This document shows, piece after piece, positions 63,081-64,000 of a DNA stretch of 64,000 nt. Below the pieces are notes generated by a model. It was not told the origin of the DNA. It saw nothing but the letters and a program-made list of their open reading frames with translations, and made no database searches. Every line of letters begins with the position of its first letter. Positions within the stretch are counted from its first letter, which is position 1. This DNA comes from Tubiluchus corallicola (taxonomy: Eukaryota > Animalia > Priapulida), in the NCBI GenBank assembly GCA_030141605.1, contig JAQGDQ010000075.1, forward strand, positions 62,001 to 126,000, in the 5' to 3' direction. Position numbers and translations under genes: made by a program.

Positions 63081-64000
63081 TAAGTTAGCTTCATGTGCTG
63101 TTAGAAGTTATAACGCCTATTACTTTGTGATTAAGTTTCTCTTAGATATAATGTAACATGGTGGTCTAAGCCATGGAAATTTAGCGATTGACATCATTGA
63201 AAATATCAGACCAGGAGAATGGAGTTGCAGAGACAAGGTGTTGGCGAATCAGAAATGTGGGGGCTTGGCTCTGACACTTCGAGTTGAGTACATACTCTGA
63301 GTTGAGCAGCAGAGTCGCTTGACACTGCATGAAACTAGGTCAAGATAAAGCCAGTCACTTCTAATTTATAATGATATTCGATCGAAATGCGTATTAAGAT
63401 GTATAATAATAATAATAATAATAACTACGTCGTACCCACGGATTATTATGTGGCGGTGCGTTAACTACTTGAGAATTTTCTGAAAATTGTCAAACAACTA
63501 TGGCGGCGTCCAGTGAATTTGAAAATGATTTCATTTTTTCACTTTGTCGAAGTAATCCAGTGTTACCGTATGCAGTACTATTACTTTCTGGTGTTCGACC
63601 ATAGTAAATGCAAAACAATAGTTTAGACATTAGGCAGTTTTTCGTACCTGTTCATATACGGCAGTATTAACCGGCTTTTTATATTCCTATAATGTTGTGT
63701 TACGGTCATCGGCCTAGTATTATATTAAGCTCACACAGAACAGGCTTAGTTTGTGTTATCACATCATGCCAGCTTGGTGACTTATACTCGGCTTTGTTAG
63801 AACCAGTTAAAATGAATGAGTATAAAATTACACTAAAAGTCATAAAGCAAAGTCAGCAGTCTCAGACTTGAACCGCAGTAAACAGCAAATCTGGAGTTTT
63901 TTCAAAAAAGTAAAAAAAAAATTGAGATTTACATCGCAAATATAAAACGGTTATTAACGTTGTAGTGTGAATACAAAAATCTCTGATAACGCTTAAATGC

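Overview
AT-rich, intron-rich animal (probably invertebrate) genomic DNA. The main feature is the 3' part of a + strand PRDM3/16-family gene (MECOM/EVI1, PRDM16, Drosophila hamlet, C. elegans egl-43). Five coding exons can be reconstructed: 30697-30831, 47545-47653, 50502-50706, 50996-51143 and 51473-53692, about 938 aa in total. They encode the C-terminal half of a PR/SET domain, a C2HC finger, the 7-finger N-terminal cluster, a PLDLS CtBP motif, the 3-finger C-terminal cluster, the acidic motif and one extra C-terminal C2H2 finger. I could not find the 5' exons, so they probably lie upstream of the window. The most unusual observations are two consecutive GC-AG introns required by the reading frame, a 2.2 kb terminal exon, and the extra finger. 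The rest is non-coding DNA with microsatellites, an intact TA-flanked MITE, a nested transposon with a 10 bp TSD, a 34 bp RTE-like LINE stub with a 20 bp TSD, SINE remnants and candidate enhancers. Most short ORFs in the track are spurious. I found no convincing wholly new biological system.
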